A stretch of 23,981 nucleotides of DNA from Nitrospirota bacterium (GCA_963703955.1 CAVPGK010000022.1:1-23981), one strand, 5' to 3'; shown: positions 6,009 through 15,547, numbered from the stretch's first letter. The notes: generated by a model from the sequence alone, not told the origin. Program-made: numbers and translations.

Positions 6009-7802
6009 ATGAAAGGTCTTGGCGCAATTGTGATGGCGGCCGGGCTTGGGAAGCGGATGCGATCCAAGCTCGCGAAAGTCTTACATCCGGTCGCTGGACG
6101 TCCGATGGTGCTCTATGCCGTCGATCTGGCTGAACGGATTGTCGACGAAGGTATTGCTGTGGTGGTCGGTCACCAAGCGGACAAGGTCCGGGCGATACTT
6201 GAGGCGCACCAGGCCGCGAAGCCTGAGGCGGCTGCCAGCCGGGGGGCTGCGAAGCGAGCCAAAGGGATGACTGCACACGTCACCAATTCGGGGTTCAGGG
6301 CGCTGTCCGTTCTGATCGCTGACCAGGCGCAGCAACTGGGAACCGGCCACGCAGTGATGCAGGCCCGAGCGGCGTTCCTTCGAGCCCGCGGAGCGGCGGC
6401 CTCCGTCTATGTCATCCTGAACGGCGACACGCCGTTGCTGACGGAGTCGACGATCCAGGAACTGCTCCGGACTCACGAAACCGAGAAGGCGACCGTCACG
6501 ATCTTGACGGCCGTCCTGGACGATCCGTCGGGCTACGGGAGGATCGTGCGCCACGGGAAGGGGCGCGTCTTGGCGCGCCTGGGGCGGGCGGGTGAAACTA
6601 GCAGGGGGCGCGTCCCTCGGGAAGGAGCGCGTCTTGGCGTGCTTGGGGCGGGCGGGTGCAATAATCCAGAGAGCCTGTCTCGGCAGGCTCAGGGCGGGCG
6701 GGCGCGACGGCGTCTGGAGAAGGCGGGTGAAGCGGAAAAATCGTACGGAGACCGGCCAGTCCTCCGCATTGTAGAGGATCGAGATGCGACGGATGCTCAG
6801 TCGGCGCTGCGAGAAATCAATGTGGGGACGTATGTCGTAGACGGCCCGTTCTTGTTCGAGGCGCTGGATACGCTTCAGCCTCAGAATGCGCAGCAGGAAT
6901 ATTATTTGACCGATATCGTGAAGCTTGCGGTAGAGCGCGGCCTCAAGGTAGCCGCGTTGATCGCGAAAAATGCAGACGAGGTGATGGGGATCAATTCGCG
7001 CCAGCAGCTCGCGGCAGCGGAACGGGTCATGCGGAAGCGGATCTGTGAGCATTGGATGGAGGAAGGGGTCACACTCCGCGATCCTGCTACCGCGTCGATC
7101 GATGCCGACGTCCGGATCGGACAAGATTCGGTCTTGCATCCACACGTCACACTTGAAGGACGGACGAGAATCGGGCAGGACTGCGTGATTCGATCGCACT
7201 GTAGGATCACGGATAGCGTGTTGGGCGATCGAGTCGTTGTCCAGGACTGCTGCGTGGTTCGCGAGGCCAAGCTCGAAGATGACTCGATGGTCGGACCGTT
7301 TGCGCATCTGAGGCCGGGCGCAATCATTCGTCGGGCGGCCAAGGTCGGCAATTTCGTCGAGATGAAAAAAGCCGATTTAGGTGAAGGGTCCAAAGCCAAC
7401 CATCTGACCTATCTGGGCGACACTAAGATCGGAAAAGGTGTCAATATCGGGGCCGGCACCATCACGTGCAACTACGATGGGTTTCACAAGTTCGAAACTG
7501 TGATCGAAGATGACGTGTTCATTGGCAGCGATACACAGTTGATTGCCCCGGTCCGGATCGGACAGGGCGCGGTCGTAGCAGCAGGTTCTTCAGTGACCAA
7601 TGACGTGCCGGCTGACGCGCTCGCCATTGCCCGTGCGGTCCAGGTGAATCGCGAGGGCTGGGCCGAGCGGCGGCGGGCGTTGCTGACCACCGGCGGCCAG
7701 GCTCAGACCACACCCATCAGGCGAGAAGCAAACACCATGGCGTCGAGCCTCTCGCCTCGCGGCAAGGGAAGTGCGGCGAAGCAAAGGAAGGTGGGAAGGT
7801 AA
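6009..7802 (+). CDS. glmU: Bifunctional UDP-GlcNAc pyrophosphorylase / glucosamine-1-phosphate N-acetyltransferase, enlarged by in-frame insertions
   Basis: AAGLGKRMRSKLAKVLH, QLGTGHAV, GDTPL, GYGRIVR, EYYLTD, hexapeptide repeats, GPFAHLRP, GNFVEMK, HLTYLGD, GAGTITCNYDG. 597 aa against about 450-460 aa in typical orthologues. Confidence 0.97.
   Translation: MKGLGAIVMAAGLGKRMRSKLAKVLHPVAGRPMVLYAVDLAERIVDEGIAVVVGHQADKVRAILEAHQAAKPEAAASRGAAKRAKGMTAHVTNSGFRALSVLIADQAQQLGTGHAVMQARAAFLRARGAAASVYVILNGDTPLLTESTIQELLRTHETEKATVTILTAVLDDPSGYGRIVRHGKGRVLARLGRAGETSRGRVPREGARLGVLGAGGCNNPESLSRQAQGGRARRRLEKAGEAEKSYGDRPVLRIVEDRDATDAQSALREINVGTYVVDGPFLFEALDTLQPQNAQQEYYLTDIVKLAVERGLKVAALIAKNADEVMGINSRQQLAAAERVMRKRICEHWMEEGVTLRDPATASIDADVRIGQDSVLHPHVTLEGRTRIGQDCVIRSHCRITDSVLGDRVVVQDCCVVREAKLEDDSMVGPFAHLRPGAIIRRAAKVGNFVEMKKADLGEGSKANHLTYLGDTKIGKGVNIGAGTITCNYDGFHKFETVIEDDVFIGSDTQLIAPVRIGQGAVVAAGSSVTNDVPADALAIARAVQVNREGWAERRRALLTTGGQAQTTPIRREANTMASSLSPRGKGSAAKQRKVGR
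6554..6732 (+). repeat. Cluster of hairpin module copies 2-4 plus fragments inside glmU
   Basis: Stem-loops at 6561-6580, 6625-6644 and 6671-6690, each followed by the G-rich tail. Head fragment at 6606-6614 and orphan tail at 6722-6732. Confidence 0.92.
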
Positions 7803-7804
7803 CC

Positions 7805-9634
7805 ATGTGTGGCATTGTCGGCTACGTCGGCGACCAGGATGCTGTCCCCATTCTCCTGAATGGTCTCAAACGACTGGAATATCGGGGGTACGATTCCGCG
7901 GGAATCGCCATCGTGCATCAGGGCAAGATCGAGGTGCGGCGCAGCGTCGGAAAATTGGCGAATCTGGAAAAGATGCTGAGCGGCAATGGCCTCAAGGGGA
8001 CCACCGGAATCGGCCATACCCGTTGGGCCACCCACGGTAAACCATCGGAGCAGAACGCGCATCCCCATCGGTCTGGGGGATACGTGCTGGTCCACAACGG
8101 CATCATCGAGAACTTCTTGCCGCTCAAGCAACAGCTCCAGAAAGAGGGCTATCGCTTCGAATCTGAAACCGACACCGAGGTCGTAGCCCATCTTATCGCG
8201 CGTGCACACAAACCAGGGCGGACGCTGGCGGACGCCGTCCTGGCGGCTACACAGGAGATCCGCGGCAGCTATGCCATTGCCGCCGTCTGTGAAGGCGAGC
8301 CGGATACGTTGGTGGCGGCCCGATCGGGCTGCCCGCTCGTGATCGGCCGAAACGGCAAGGCAACCGTGGTGGCGTCCGATGTCATGGCCATATTGGCGCA
8401 CACGCGGGATGTGACGTATCTCGAAGAAGGTGACTTGGCTGTGGTGACCTTGGACGAGGTCCGGATGATGGATGCCAAAGGGCATCCGATTACTCGACCA
8501 TCGACCCGCATTACCTGGGATGCGGAGGCGGCTGAAAAGAGCGGGTACCCGCATTTCATGTTGAAGGAGATTCACGAACAGCCGCAGACGATCCTGGATA
8601 CGATGCGCGGCCGGTACACCTTTGAAACCGGCGCGGCCGATCTTCCTGATATCGGCCTGACCGCAGATCAATTGGCGGCGGCGGGGAAGATCTGGATTGT
8701 GGCCTGCGGCACATCCTGGCATGCAGGTTTGGTGGGGAAATATTTGATTGAGGAGATGGTCAAGGCCCCAGTCCAGGTGGATATCGCCTCGGAATTTCGC
8801 TATCGCGATCCACTGGTTCAAAAAGATGATTTGTTTCTGACCATCTCTCAGTCCGGCGAAACGGCGGATACGCTGGCAGCGGCGCGAGAGGCCAAGGTGA
8901 AGGGAGCGAAGGTCCTGTCGATTGTGAATGTCGTCGGCAGTACGTTGGCCCGCGAATCGGACGGCGTGCTCTATACCCACTGCGGTCCTGAGATCGGGGT
9001 GGCGTCGACGAAGGCCTTCACCGGGCAACTGACGGCCCTCTATCTCCTTTCACTGCATCTGGGGCGTGTGCGAGGTCTGCTCAATGCCAATGACGGACGG
9101 ATCTGGCTCGAACGCTTTGTGTCACTGCCGAGCCGTGTTGAACACATTCTAAAACGCGAGGCGGAGCTCGTGGCCATTGCAAAGCGATACTACACCAAAC
9201 GGAATTTCCTGTATTTGGGGCGCGGCATCAACTATCCCATCGCCCTGGAAGGCGCGCTCAAACTGAAAGAGATCTCGTATATTCATGCGGAAGGGTATGC
9301 CGCCGGGGAGATGAAGCACGGGCCGATTGCGCTGATCGACAAAGACATGCCGGTCGTGGTATTAGCCCCCCGCGACCGCCTGTATGAAAAGACCGTCAGC
9401 AACCTCATGGAAGTCAAAGCCCGTAAGGCGCCGGTGATCGCCTTTGTCAGCGAGGGTGAACGAGATCTTGGCAAGGCAGCCGACGCCGTGTTTACGATCC
9501 CAGACGTGCCGGCGTTGCTCACACCGATCTTGTTCACGGTCGCGCTGCAACTGCTGGCCTATCACGTTGCCGTGCTGCGGGGGACGGATGTGGATCAGCC
9601 GAGGAATCTCGCCAAAAGCGTCACGGTGGAATAG
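7805..9634 (+). CDS. glmS: Glutamine--fructose-6-phosphate aminotransferase (isomerizing)
   Basis: MCGIVG, EYRGYDSAG, GHTRWATHG, SQSGETADT, C-terminal DQPRNLAKSVTVE. Confidence 0.99.
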   Translation: MCGIVGYVGDQDAVPILLNGLKRLEYRGYDSAGIAIVHQGKIEVRRSVGKLANLEKMLSGNGLKGTTGIGHTRWATHGKPSEQNAHPHRSGGYVLVHNGIIENFLPLKQQLQKEGYRFESETDTEVVAHLIARAHKPGRTLADAVLAATQEIRGSYAIAAVCEGEPDTLVAARSGCPLVIGRNGKATVVASDVMAILAHTRDVTYLEEGDLAVVTLDEVRMMDAKGHPITRPSTRITWDAEAAEKSGYPHFMLKEIHEQPQTILDTMRGRYTFETGAADLPDIGLTADQLAAAGKIWIVACGTSWHAGLVGKYLIEEMVKAPVQVDIASEFRYRDPLVQKDDLFLTISQSGETADTLAAAREAKVKGAKVLSIVNVVGSTLARESDGVLYTHCGPEIGVASTKAFTGQLTALYLLSLHLGRVRGLLNANDGRIWLERFVSLPSRVEHILKREAELVAIAKRYYTKRNFLYLGRGINYPIALEGALKLKEISYIHAEGYAAGEMKHGPIALIDKDMPVVVLAPRDRLYEKTVSNLMEVKARKAPVIAFVSEGERDLGKAADAVFTIPDVPALLTPILFTVALQLLAYHVAVLRGTDVDQPRNLAKSVTVE

Positions 9635-9758
9635 CAGGATGCTGAAAAAGGTCCCCAACTTCGTTCTCGCTCGGCCGAAATCCTCACGTACCCCCTGAGG
9701 GTACGCTCCGGTGTTCGCCCTCACTGCGGCCTTGTTGGATGCCCTTTTTGAGCATCCT
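9632..9758 (+). repeat. Type I palindromic element B, minimal empty backbone
   Basis: TAGCAGGATGCTGAAAAAGG (9632-9651) ... CCTTTTTGAGCATCCT (9743-9758). The leading TAG is the glmS stop codon. Confidence 0.9.
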
Positions 9759-9842
9759 TGAAAGTATCTGATCGTTAAGAGTTACCAATTCAGATGGTTT
9801 TGGTATTCGACTTTTGAAGGTCTAAACCAGTAAACTAAATAT

Positions 9843-10136
9843 ATGAACATCACCAAGCAAGAAGTCGAGCGTGTGGCCAAGCTGGCTCGGTTGGAGATCA
9901 CGGAGGACGAGAAGGAAGCCTTCAGCCGACAATTGAGCAGCATTCTGACCTACATCGAGCAGCTCAAAGGCATCGAGACGACAGGCATCGAGCCGACTGC
10001 TACGGTGCTGGACCAGACCAATGTGTTTCGTGACGATGTCGTTCGCCCGAGCCTTTCGGTCGAGCGGGCACTGGCGAACGCGCCGGAAGCCGACGAGGGA
10101 TATTTGAGAGTCCCGAAAATACTTGATAATCGGTAA
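9843..10136 (+). CDS. gatC: Asp-tRNA(Asn)/Glu-tRNA(Gln) amidotransferase subunit C
   Basis: ITKQEVERVAKLARL, ILTYIEQL, NVFRDD, ALANAP, YLRVPKIL. Upstream of gatA. Confidence 0.96.
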   Translation: MNITKQEVERVAKLARLEITEDEKEAFSRQLSSILTYIEQLKGIETTGIEPTATVLDQTNVFRDDVVRPSLSVERALANAPEADEGYLRVPKILDNR

Positions 10137-10213
10137 ACGTCACACGTACTCGGGAAGATGGTTGTCTCTTTCATTTGACCAATCAGGATAACGAATAGCG
10201 GGGTTTCGAAGTC

Positions 10214-10573
10214 ATGCTACGACAAATGCTCCGGGCGAAGATTCATCGAGCCACTGTGACCGAAGCCTGCCTGGAATACGAAGGAAGCATTACGGTTGAT
10301 GAAGATCTCCTTGATGCTGCGGGTATCTTGCCTTATGAGCTGGTGGTGATCTCGAACCTCAACAACGGTGAACGCTTTGCGACCTATGCCATGGCGGGAA
10401 AGCGTGGAGGTGGTGACATTGTTCTGAACGGTCCCACGGCGCGCAAGGCGGTGGTGGGAGATAAGGTCATCATCTTCTGTTACGAGTTTTATGCTGAAGA
10501 CGAGGCCAAACGCCATCGGCCGAAGATCATTTTCGTCGATGATAAGAACCGCATTGCTCCCAAACCGCAATAA
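10214..10573 (+). CDS. panD: Aspartate 1-decarboxylase proenzyme
   Basis: KIHRATVT, Gly24-Ser25 self-cleavage site (YEGSIT), Arg54 and Tyr58 (GERFATY), LNGPTAR. Confidence 0.96.
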   Translation: MLRQMLRAKIHRATVTEACLEYEGSITVDEDLLDAAGILPYELVVISNLNNGERFATYAMAGKRGGGDIVLNGPTARKAVVGDKVIIFCYEFYAEDEAKRHRPKIIFVDDKNRIAPKPQ

Positions 10574-10618
10574 CTGCCGACATCCTGCCATGGCCGACTG
10601 AGCGCGCCCGTCATTTCT

Positions 10619-12085
10619 ATGTCGATCCATAAACTCACTCTCCAGGAGCTTCAAGGTAAATTCACCAGAGCCGAGGTGACCGCCCGAGAGATTGTGCACG
10701 AGTATTTTCTACGTATTAATCAAGTCGAGCCTAAGGTCAAGGCGTACATTACCATGTCGAAGAAGCCCGCCTTGGCCCAGGCCGATGCGCTGGATGAGAA
10801 ACTCAAAGGGTGGCGCAAGACCCTCCCGCTAACGGGTATGCCGCTGGCAATCAAGGACAACATTTGCACGGAAGGGGTCCTGACGACCTGTGGGTCGAGG
10901 ATGTTAGGCACATTCGTTCCACCGTATGAGGCCACGGTCATCACTCGTTTGCGCAATCAAGGCTATCTCCTGCTGGGGAAAACCAACCTCGACGAATTCG
11001 CTATGGGGTCCTCGACCGAGAACTCGGCCTTTGGACCGACCAGGAACCCCTGGAACGTCAAATACGTCCCCGGTGGGTCGAGCGGGGGCTCCGCCGCCGC
11101 GGTTGCGGCCGACGAATGCGTAGCGGCGTTGGGGTCGGATACCGGAGGTTCTATCCGTCAACCAGCGGCGTACTGCGGTGTGGTCGGACTCAAGCCGACC
11201 TATGGACGCGTATCTCGTTACGGACTGGTGGCCTTCGCCTCGTCGCTGGATCAGATAGGGCCGATCGCGAAAACGGTAACCGATGCAGCCTTGCTGCTCA
11301 ATGTGATCGCCGGGCACGATTCGCTTGATTCCACTTCCGCCGATGTGCCGGTTCCCGACTATCTGCGGGCGTTGAAGAAGAAAGACCTTAAGAAGGTTCG
11401 AATCGGGTTGCCCAAAGAGTATTTTGCCGAAGGGCTCGATCCGGAAGTGAACCAAGCGGTCCGCGCGGCCGTGGAGGTTCTGAAAGACCTCGGCGGACAG
11501 ATCGTGGATGTGTCGCTACCCACCACAGGCGCGGCGGTGGCCACGTACTATCTGATTGCCACCGCCGAAGCCAGCTCGAACCTGTCCCGCTACGACGGGG
11601 TGAAATATGGGCTCCGTTCCAAACAGGCCAAAGACCTCCTCGAAATGTATATGAAGACGCGGCAGGAGGGATTCGGACCGGAAGTCAAACGACGGATTAT
11701 GCTGGGCACCTATGCGCTCAGCGCCGGCTATTATGACGCGTATTACGGGAAGGCCCAGGCGGTGCGGACGCTGATTCGCCGTGAATTCGCCACGGCGTTT
11801 CAGGAAGTGGATCTGATAGTGACCCCGGTGACGCCCACACCGGCGTTCAAGTTGGGCGAGCGGATCCAGGATCCTCTTCAGATGTATCTCTCCGATATTT
11901 ACACGATTTCGGTCAATCTCGCCGGGATTCCCGCGATCTCCGTGCCCTGCGGATTCAGCAAGGAGGGGTTACCGATCGGCCTTCAGATCCTAGGACGGCC
12001 GTTTGAGGAGGAGGCTGTACTTCGTGGTGCGCATGCTTACGAGCAAGCCACCGACTGGCGGCTCAAACGGCCGGTGACTCGATAG
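10619..12085 (+). CDS. gatA: Asp-tRNA(Asn)/Glu-tRNA(Gln) amidotransferase subunit A
   Basis: Amidase signature [63 protein letters not shown]. Confidence 0.98.
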   Translation: MSIHKLTLQELQGKFTRAEVTAREIVHEYFLRINQVEPKVKAYITMSKKPALAQADALDEKLKGWRKTLPLTGMPLAIKDNICTEGVLTTCGSRMLGTFVPPYEATVITRLRNQGYLLLGKTNLDEFAMGSSTENSAFGPTRNPWNVKYVPGGSSGGSAAAVAADECVAALGSDTGGSIRQPAAYCGVVGLKPTYGRVSRYGLVAFASSLDQIGPIAKTVTDAALLLNVIAGHDSLDSTSADVPVPDYLRALKKKDLKKVRIGLPKEYFAEGLDPEVNQAVRAAVEVLKDLGGQIVDVSLPTTGAAVATYYLIATAEASSNLSRYDGVKYGLRSKQAKDLLEMYMKTRQEGFGPEVKRRIMLGTYALSAGYYDAYYGKAQAVRTLIRREFATAFQEVDLIVTPVTPTPAFKLGERIQDPLQMYLSDIYTISVNLAGIPAISVPCGFSKEGLPIGLQILGRPFEEEAVLRGAHAYEQATDWRLKRPVTR

Positions 12086-12153
12086 GCGTTCCAACTCGGT
12101 CCGCAGATGACCGACGAGCCTGAGGAAAACGAGAAACAAAGGGAGGTGTGAAT

Positions 12154-12561
12154 ATGATGATGGAAATCGCCGCGATGATGGCCGCAATCGCCTTCGTCGT
12201 GCTGGTCGTGTACCTGGTCATCATGTTGGTGCAGATCAAAAAGACGGCCATCGAATCCGAACGCCTTCTCAGGCAACTCAACAGCGAGTTGCCGTCTGTG
12301 CTCAAAGAACTTCGTCTCGCCGGCGAACAGGTGAATGCGCTCGCGATCGAAGCAAGGGATGGCGTCGAACACGCCTCCGTGTTCCTGCACGCTGTAGGAG
12401 AGATGGGGGAAACAGTGCAACGGGTACACGGTCTGGTACGTGGTCAAAGCGGAAGTGTCATCTCCAAAGTCGTCAGTGTGATCGCCGGAGTCAAAGCAGC
12501 CTCCTCAGTAGTAAAAGGCCGTTTCTCCAGAGGCAAGAGTGACCCCAATGGGGCGGGTTGA
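12154..12561 (+). CDS. DUF948 (YoxC/YtxG-like) membrane-anchored coiled-coil protein
   Basis: N-terminal transmembrane segment AAIAFVVLVVYLVIML followed by a helical region. GGAGG at 12142-12146 precedes ATG 12154. Close to a YtxH-domain gene. Confidence 0.75.
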   Translation: MMMEIAAMMAAIAFVVLVVYLVIMLVQIKKTAIESERLLRQLNSELPSVLKELRLAGEQVNALAIEARDGVEHASVFLHAVGEMGETVQRVHGLVRGQSGSVISKVVSVIAGVKAASSVVKGRFSRGKSDPNGAG

Positions 12562-12705
12562 ACCCCGGCCGCGTTGAATGAGCTATCCTCCACACCCCCC
12601 TAGTAATTCCTTACTCGCTGATTGACTCCTGAAAATTCCTGAGCCATAACCCTGTTTGGGGCGGAGTGAGTCGTTCCGGAGTGACCTTCGTTCCTCAAGG
12701 TGGCT

Positions 12706-12891
12706 ATGGCGTCACGGATCGAAGATTACGGGCTCATCGGCGATACGCAGACCGCCGCTTTGGTGGCGCGGGACGGTTCAATCGATTGGCTATGCCTACC
12801 GCGTTTTGACTCGGGCGCCTGCTTTGCGGCGCTTCTGGGTACGCCGCAGCACGGCCGCTGGCGACTGGCTTCGTGGCTAAGGAAGGGGTAG
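12706..12891 (+). pseudogene. Truncated N-terminus of a glycoside hydrolase family 15 (glucoamylase/trehalase-like) protein
   Basis: [42 protein letters not shown] is the typical GH15 N-terminus. It stops after about 61 aa, whereas full proteins are about 600 aa, and no continuation was seen. Confidence 0.85.
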
Positions 12892-12973
12892 CGGTATAGC
12901 GGTATAAAGGGTAACGGGATAAAGTGGGCAGAGCTGAATCTTACCCCTCTACCCGCATTTTCCGCGTCGGTCT

Positions 12974-13582
12974 ATGAATCCGCTTGATGAGTACAGAAAG
13001 AAACGGTCCTTCACAAAAACGACGGAACCGCCTCCGACGAAAAAGATTTCGGAATCGGGACGCATCTTCGTTGTTCAGAAACATTCCGCGACCCGACTTC
13101 ACTACGACTTCCGGCTTGAAGAGGGCGGAGTGCTGAAGTCGTGGGCGGTGCCCAAGGGGCCGTCGCTCGATCCGGCGGTCAAGAGGCTGGCCATGGCGGT
13201 TGAGGATCATCCAGTCGATTACGCGGATTTTGAAGGCGTCATTCCTGAGGGCGAGTACGGGGGCGGGACGGTCATGGTGTGGGATCACGGCACCTATCGA
13301 GCGGAAGGGATGGACGACATCGCCGCCGCGCTGGGCAGGGGTGAATTGAAATTTAAGTTGAACGGGCGGAAGCTCAAAGGGTCATGGGTGCTGGTACGCA
13401 TAAGAGATCGTCAGTGGTTGTTGATCAAGCACCGAGACAGCTATGCGTCGACGGAGGAAGTGACTCTGTCTGAGCCGACCTCCGTCGTCAGCGGACGGAT
13501 CCTCTCCGAGATAGCGGCCGATGGGGGCGGCGACGTTGAGAAAGCCAAGACCGGAGACCCACCGAGAAGCTCCTCTCGATAA
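12974..13582 (+). CDS. Stand-alone LigD 3'-phosphoesterase (LigD_N) domain protein
   Basis: [79 protein letters not shown]. No ligase or polymerase domain follows. Confidence 0.92.
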   Translation: MNPLDEYRKKRSFTKTTEPPPTKKISESGRIFVVQKHSATRLHYDFRLEEGGVLKSWAVPKGPSLDPAVKRLAMAVEDHPVDYADFEGVIPEGEYGGGTVMVWDHGTYRAEGMDDIAAALGRGELKFKLNGRKLKGSWVLVRIRDRQWLLIKHRDSYASTEEVTLSEPTSVVSGRILSEIAADGGGDVEKAKTGDPPRSSSR

Positions 13583-13662
13583 GAGTCTGAACCGCGCTCG
13601 GTAAAGCGGCCTGACGTACGCTCCCTCCTCTCGTCGTCGGCAATCGCAGCCCAATCCCGCCG

Positions 13663-13691
13663 TTGACAGATGACGGCATATCGAATACTCT
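13663..13691 (+). promoter_or_regulatory. Predicted sigma70 promoter for the YtxH gene and gatB
   Basis: Perfect -35 TTGACA (13663-13668), 17-bp spacer, TACTCT (13686-13691). Confidence 0.65.
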
Positions 13692-13765
13692 CAGCCGAAA
13701 ACACTTTGTTTGCCGTACGTTTGCCTGTTTTCCGAACGGCCGGATCGAGAAAGGGAGGTGGGGCC

Positions 13766-14098
13766 ATGGAGAGAGATGAACGAGACCAAGGCGGGATTTC
13801 GGCGAGCACAGTCCTGATGGCTTTTCTTGGAGGGGCGGCGGTCGGGATCGTTGCGGCGCTCTTGCTCGCACCGCAACCGGGTGAGAAGTCGCGGGAACAA
13901 CTGAGAAAGTATGCGAGAAAAACAGGAGACAATTTGCGAGATCTGGCGGAAAAGGCCGAAGACACATGGGAATCGGCGGTTGAGAAAGGCCGCCAGTTCG
14001 TGGACGAACAAAAGAGCACCTTGAGCGAAGCGATCGAAGCTGGTCGCGAGGCGATGCGCCGGGAGCGTGATCGCCAGGCGAGTGAAAAAGAGAGCTGA
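13766..14098 (+). CDS. YtxH domain-containing protein
   Basis: [36 protein letters not shown] before ATG 13766. The stop overlaps the gatB start (TGATG). Confidence 0.88.
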   Translation: MERDERDQGGISASTVLMAFLGGAAVGIVAALLLAPQPGEKSREQLRKYARKTGDNLRDLAEKAEDTWESAVEKGRQFVDEQKSTLSEAIEAGREAMRRERDRQASEKES

Positions 14099-15540
14099 TG
14101 TCATACGAAGTCGTCATCGGAGTGGAGGTGCATGCGCAGCTGCTGACGCAGTCTAAGATGTTCTGCGCATGCGGGACGGCGTTCGGCCTTCCGGCCAATA
14201 CACAAACGTGCCCGATCTGCCTAGGTATGCCGGGCACCCTGCCCGTGATCAACCGGCAGGCCGTGGAAATGGCGATAAAGACCGGCCTCGCGCTCAACTG
14301 CACCATCAGGTCCGTGAACCGATTTGCTCGGAAAAACTATTTTTACCCCGATCTCCCCAAGGGCTATCAGATCTCGCAGTACGAAGCGCCGATCTGCGAG
14401 AATGGTTGGATCGACGTCATTGCCGGCGGAATGCCGAAGCGCATGCGCATCCGTCGCGCCCATCTTGAAGAGGATGCCGGAAAGAACGTTCATGAGGAGG
14501 GAGCCGGGACGGGCCAGGCGATAAGTGACGTGGATTTGAACCGTGCGGGGACGCCACTCCTGGAAATCGTCACTGAACCCGATATGCGTTCATCCGATGA
14601 GGTCGTCGCGTATCTGAAGACGCTGCGGGACATCCTCGTCTACCTGGACGTATGCGACGGCAACATGGAAGAAGGAAGCCTGCGCTGTGAGCCGAACCTC
14701 TCGCTCAGGCCGATCGGTCAGAAAGAATTCGGTACGAAGGTGGAGTTGAAGAATATTAATTCGTTCAGGTTCGTTCAAGACGCCGTTGAGTATGAAATCG
14801 CGCGCCAGACGAGGGTGCTCACCGAGGGCGGGAGGATCAGTCAGGAAACGCGATTGTGGGACGTCAAGAAAGGGGTGACGTCGGTCATGCGCAGCAAAGA
14901 AGAGGCGCATGATTACCGATACTTCCCAGACCCTGACTTGGTTCCGCTCAGCATCTCCCAGGACCGTATCGAAGAAGTGCGCAAGGCCTTGCCGGAGCTC
15001 CCGGCTGCCCGGCACAAGCGATTTGTCGCAGACTATGGGTTGCCTGAGTATGACGCGGGCGTCTTAACGGCATCCAGGCCTCTCGCCGACTATTTTGAAG
15101 CCTGCGTCAGGCTATTGGATCAGCCGAAAACAGTGAGCAATTGGGTGATGGGCGAACTGCTGCGGGAGCTGAACAACAGCGGCACGGCCGTGGCCGCATC
15201 TCCAGTCGGCCCTGAGCGACTCGTGAGCCTGCTTAAGTTGGTGGAAAACGGGACGATCAGTCTCAAGGTCGCCCGTGAAATCTTCCCGGACCTCTACGCC
15301 AGCGGCAAGACGCCGGGGCAGATCGTGCAAGAGCGTGGGCTGACGCAGGTGTCGGACGAAGGGTCGTTGGAGAAGATCATCGATGACATCATGACGAAGA
15401 ATCCGGCCCAGGTTGCGCAGTACCGAGCCGGCAAAGAGCAGGTGCTAGGCTTTTTCGTCGGGCAAGTGATGAGGGGGTCGGGGGGAAAGGCGAATCCGGG
15501 TAAGGTAAATGAGTTGCTGAAGAAGAAATTATCCGGATGA
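14098..15540 (+). CDS. gatB: Asp-tRNA(Asn)/Glu-tRNA(Gln) amidotransferase subunit B
   Basis: [61 protein letters not shown]. Confidence 0.99.
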   Translation: MSYEVVIGVEVHAQLLTQSKMFCACGTAFGLPANTQTCPICLGMPGTLPVINRQAVEMAIKTGLALNCTIRSVNRFARKNYFYPDLPKGYQISQYEAPICENGWIDVIAGGMPKRMRIRRAHLEEDAGKNVHEEGAGTGQAISDVDLNRAGTPLLEIVTEPDMRSSDEVVAYLKTLRDILVYLDVCDGNMEEGSLRCEPNLSLRPIGQKEFGTKVELKNINSFRFVQDAVEYEIARQTRVLTEGGRISQETRLWDVKKGVTSVMRSKEEAHDYRYFPDPDLVPLSISQDRIEEVRKALPELPAARHKRFVADYGLPEYDAGVLTASRPLADYFEACVRLLDQPKTVSNWVMGELLRELNNSGTAVAASPVGPERLVSLLKLVENGTISLKVAREIFPDLYASGKTPGQIVQERGLTQVSDEGSLEKIIDDIMTKNPAQVAQYRAGKEQVLGFFVGQVMRGSGGKANPGKVNELLKKKLSG

Positions 15541-15547
15541 AGAGGGT

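Noticed and set aside
6554..6704. CRISPR array interpretation of the clustered hairpins
   Set aside because: Copies differ in their stems, spacing is irregular, they are dispersed on both strands, and no cas genes are present.
6552..6758. Intein or self-splicing intron in glmU
   Set aside because: There is no Cys/Ser start with a His-Asn end, it is too short, no group I or II features were seen, and the DNA is explained by the hairpin modules.
7790..7810. glmS ribozyme
   Set aside because: Only 2 bp separate glmU and glmS, leaving no leader.
6081..9028. Long antisense ORFs of 408 and 441 aa
   Set aside because: Shadow frames opposite glmU and glmS in GC-rich DNA, with no recognisable motifs.
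12622..12650. Promoter TTGACT-N17-CATAAC before the GH15 remnant
   Set aside because: The -10 lacks both conserved T positions, so it is too weak to call.
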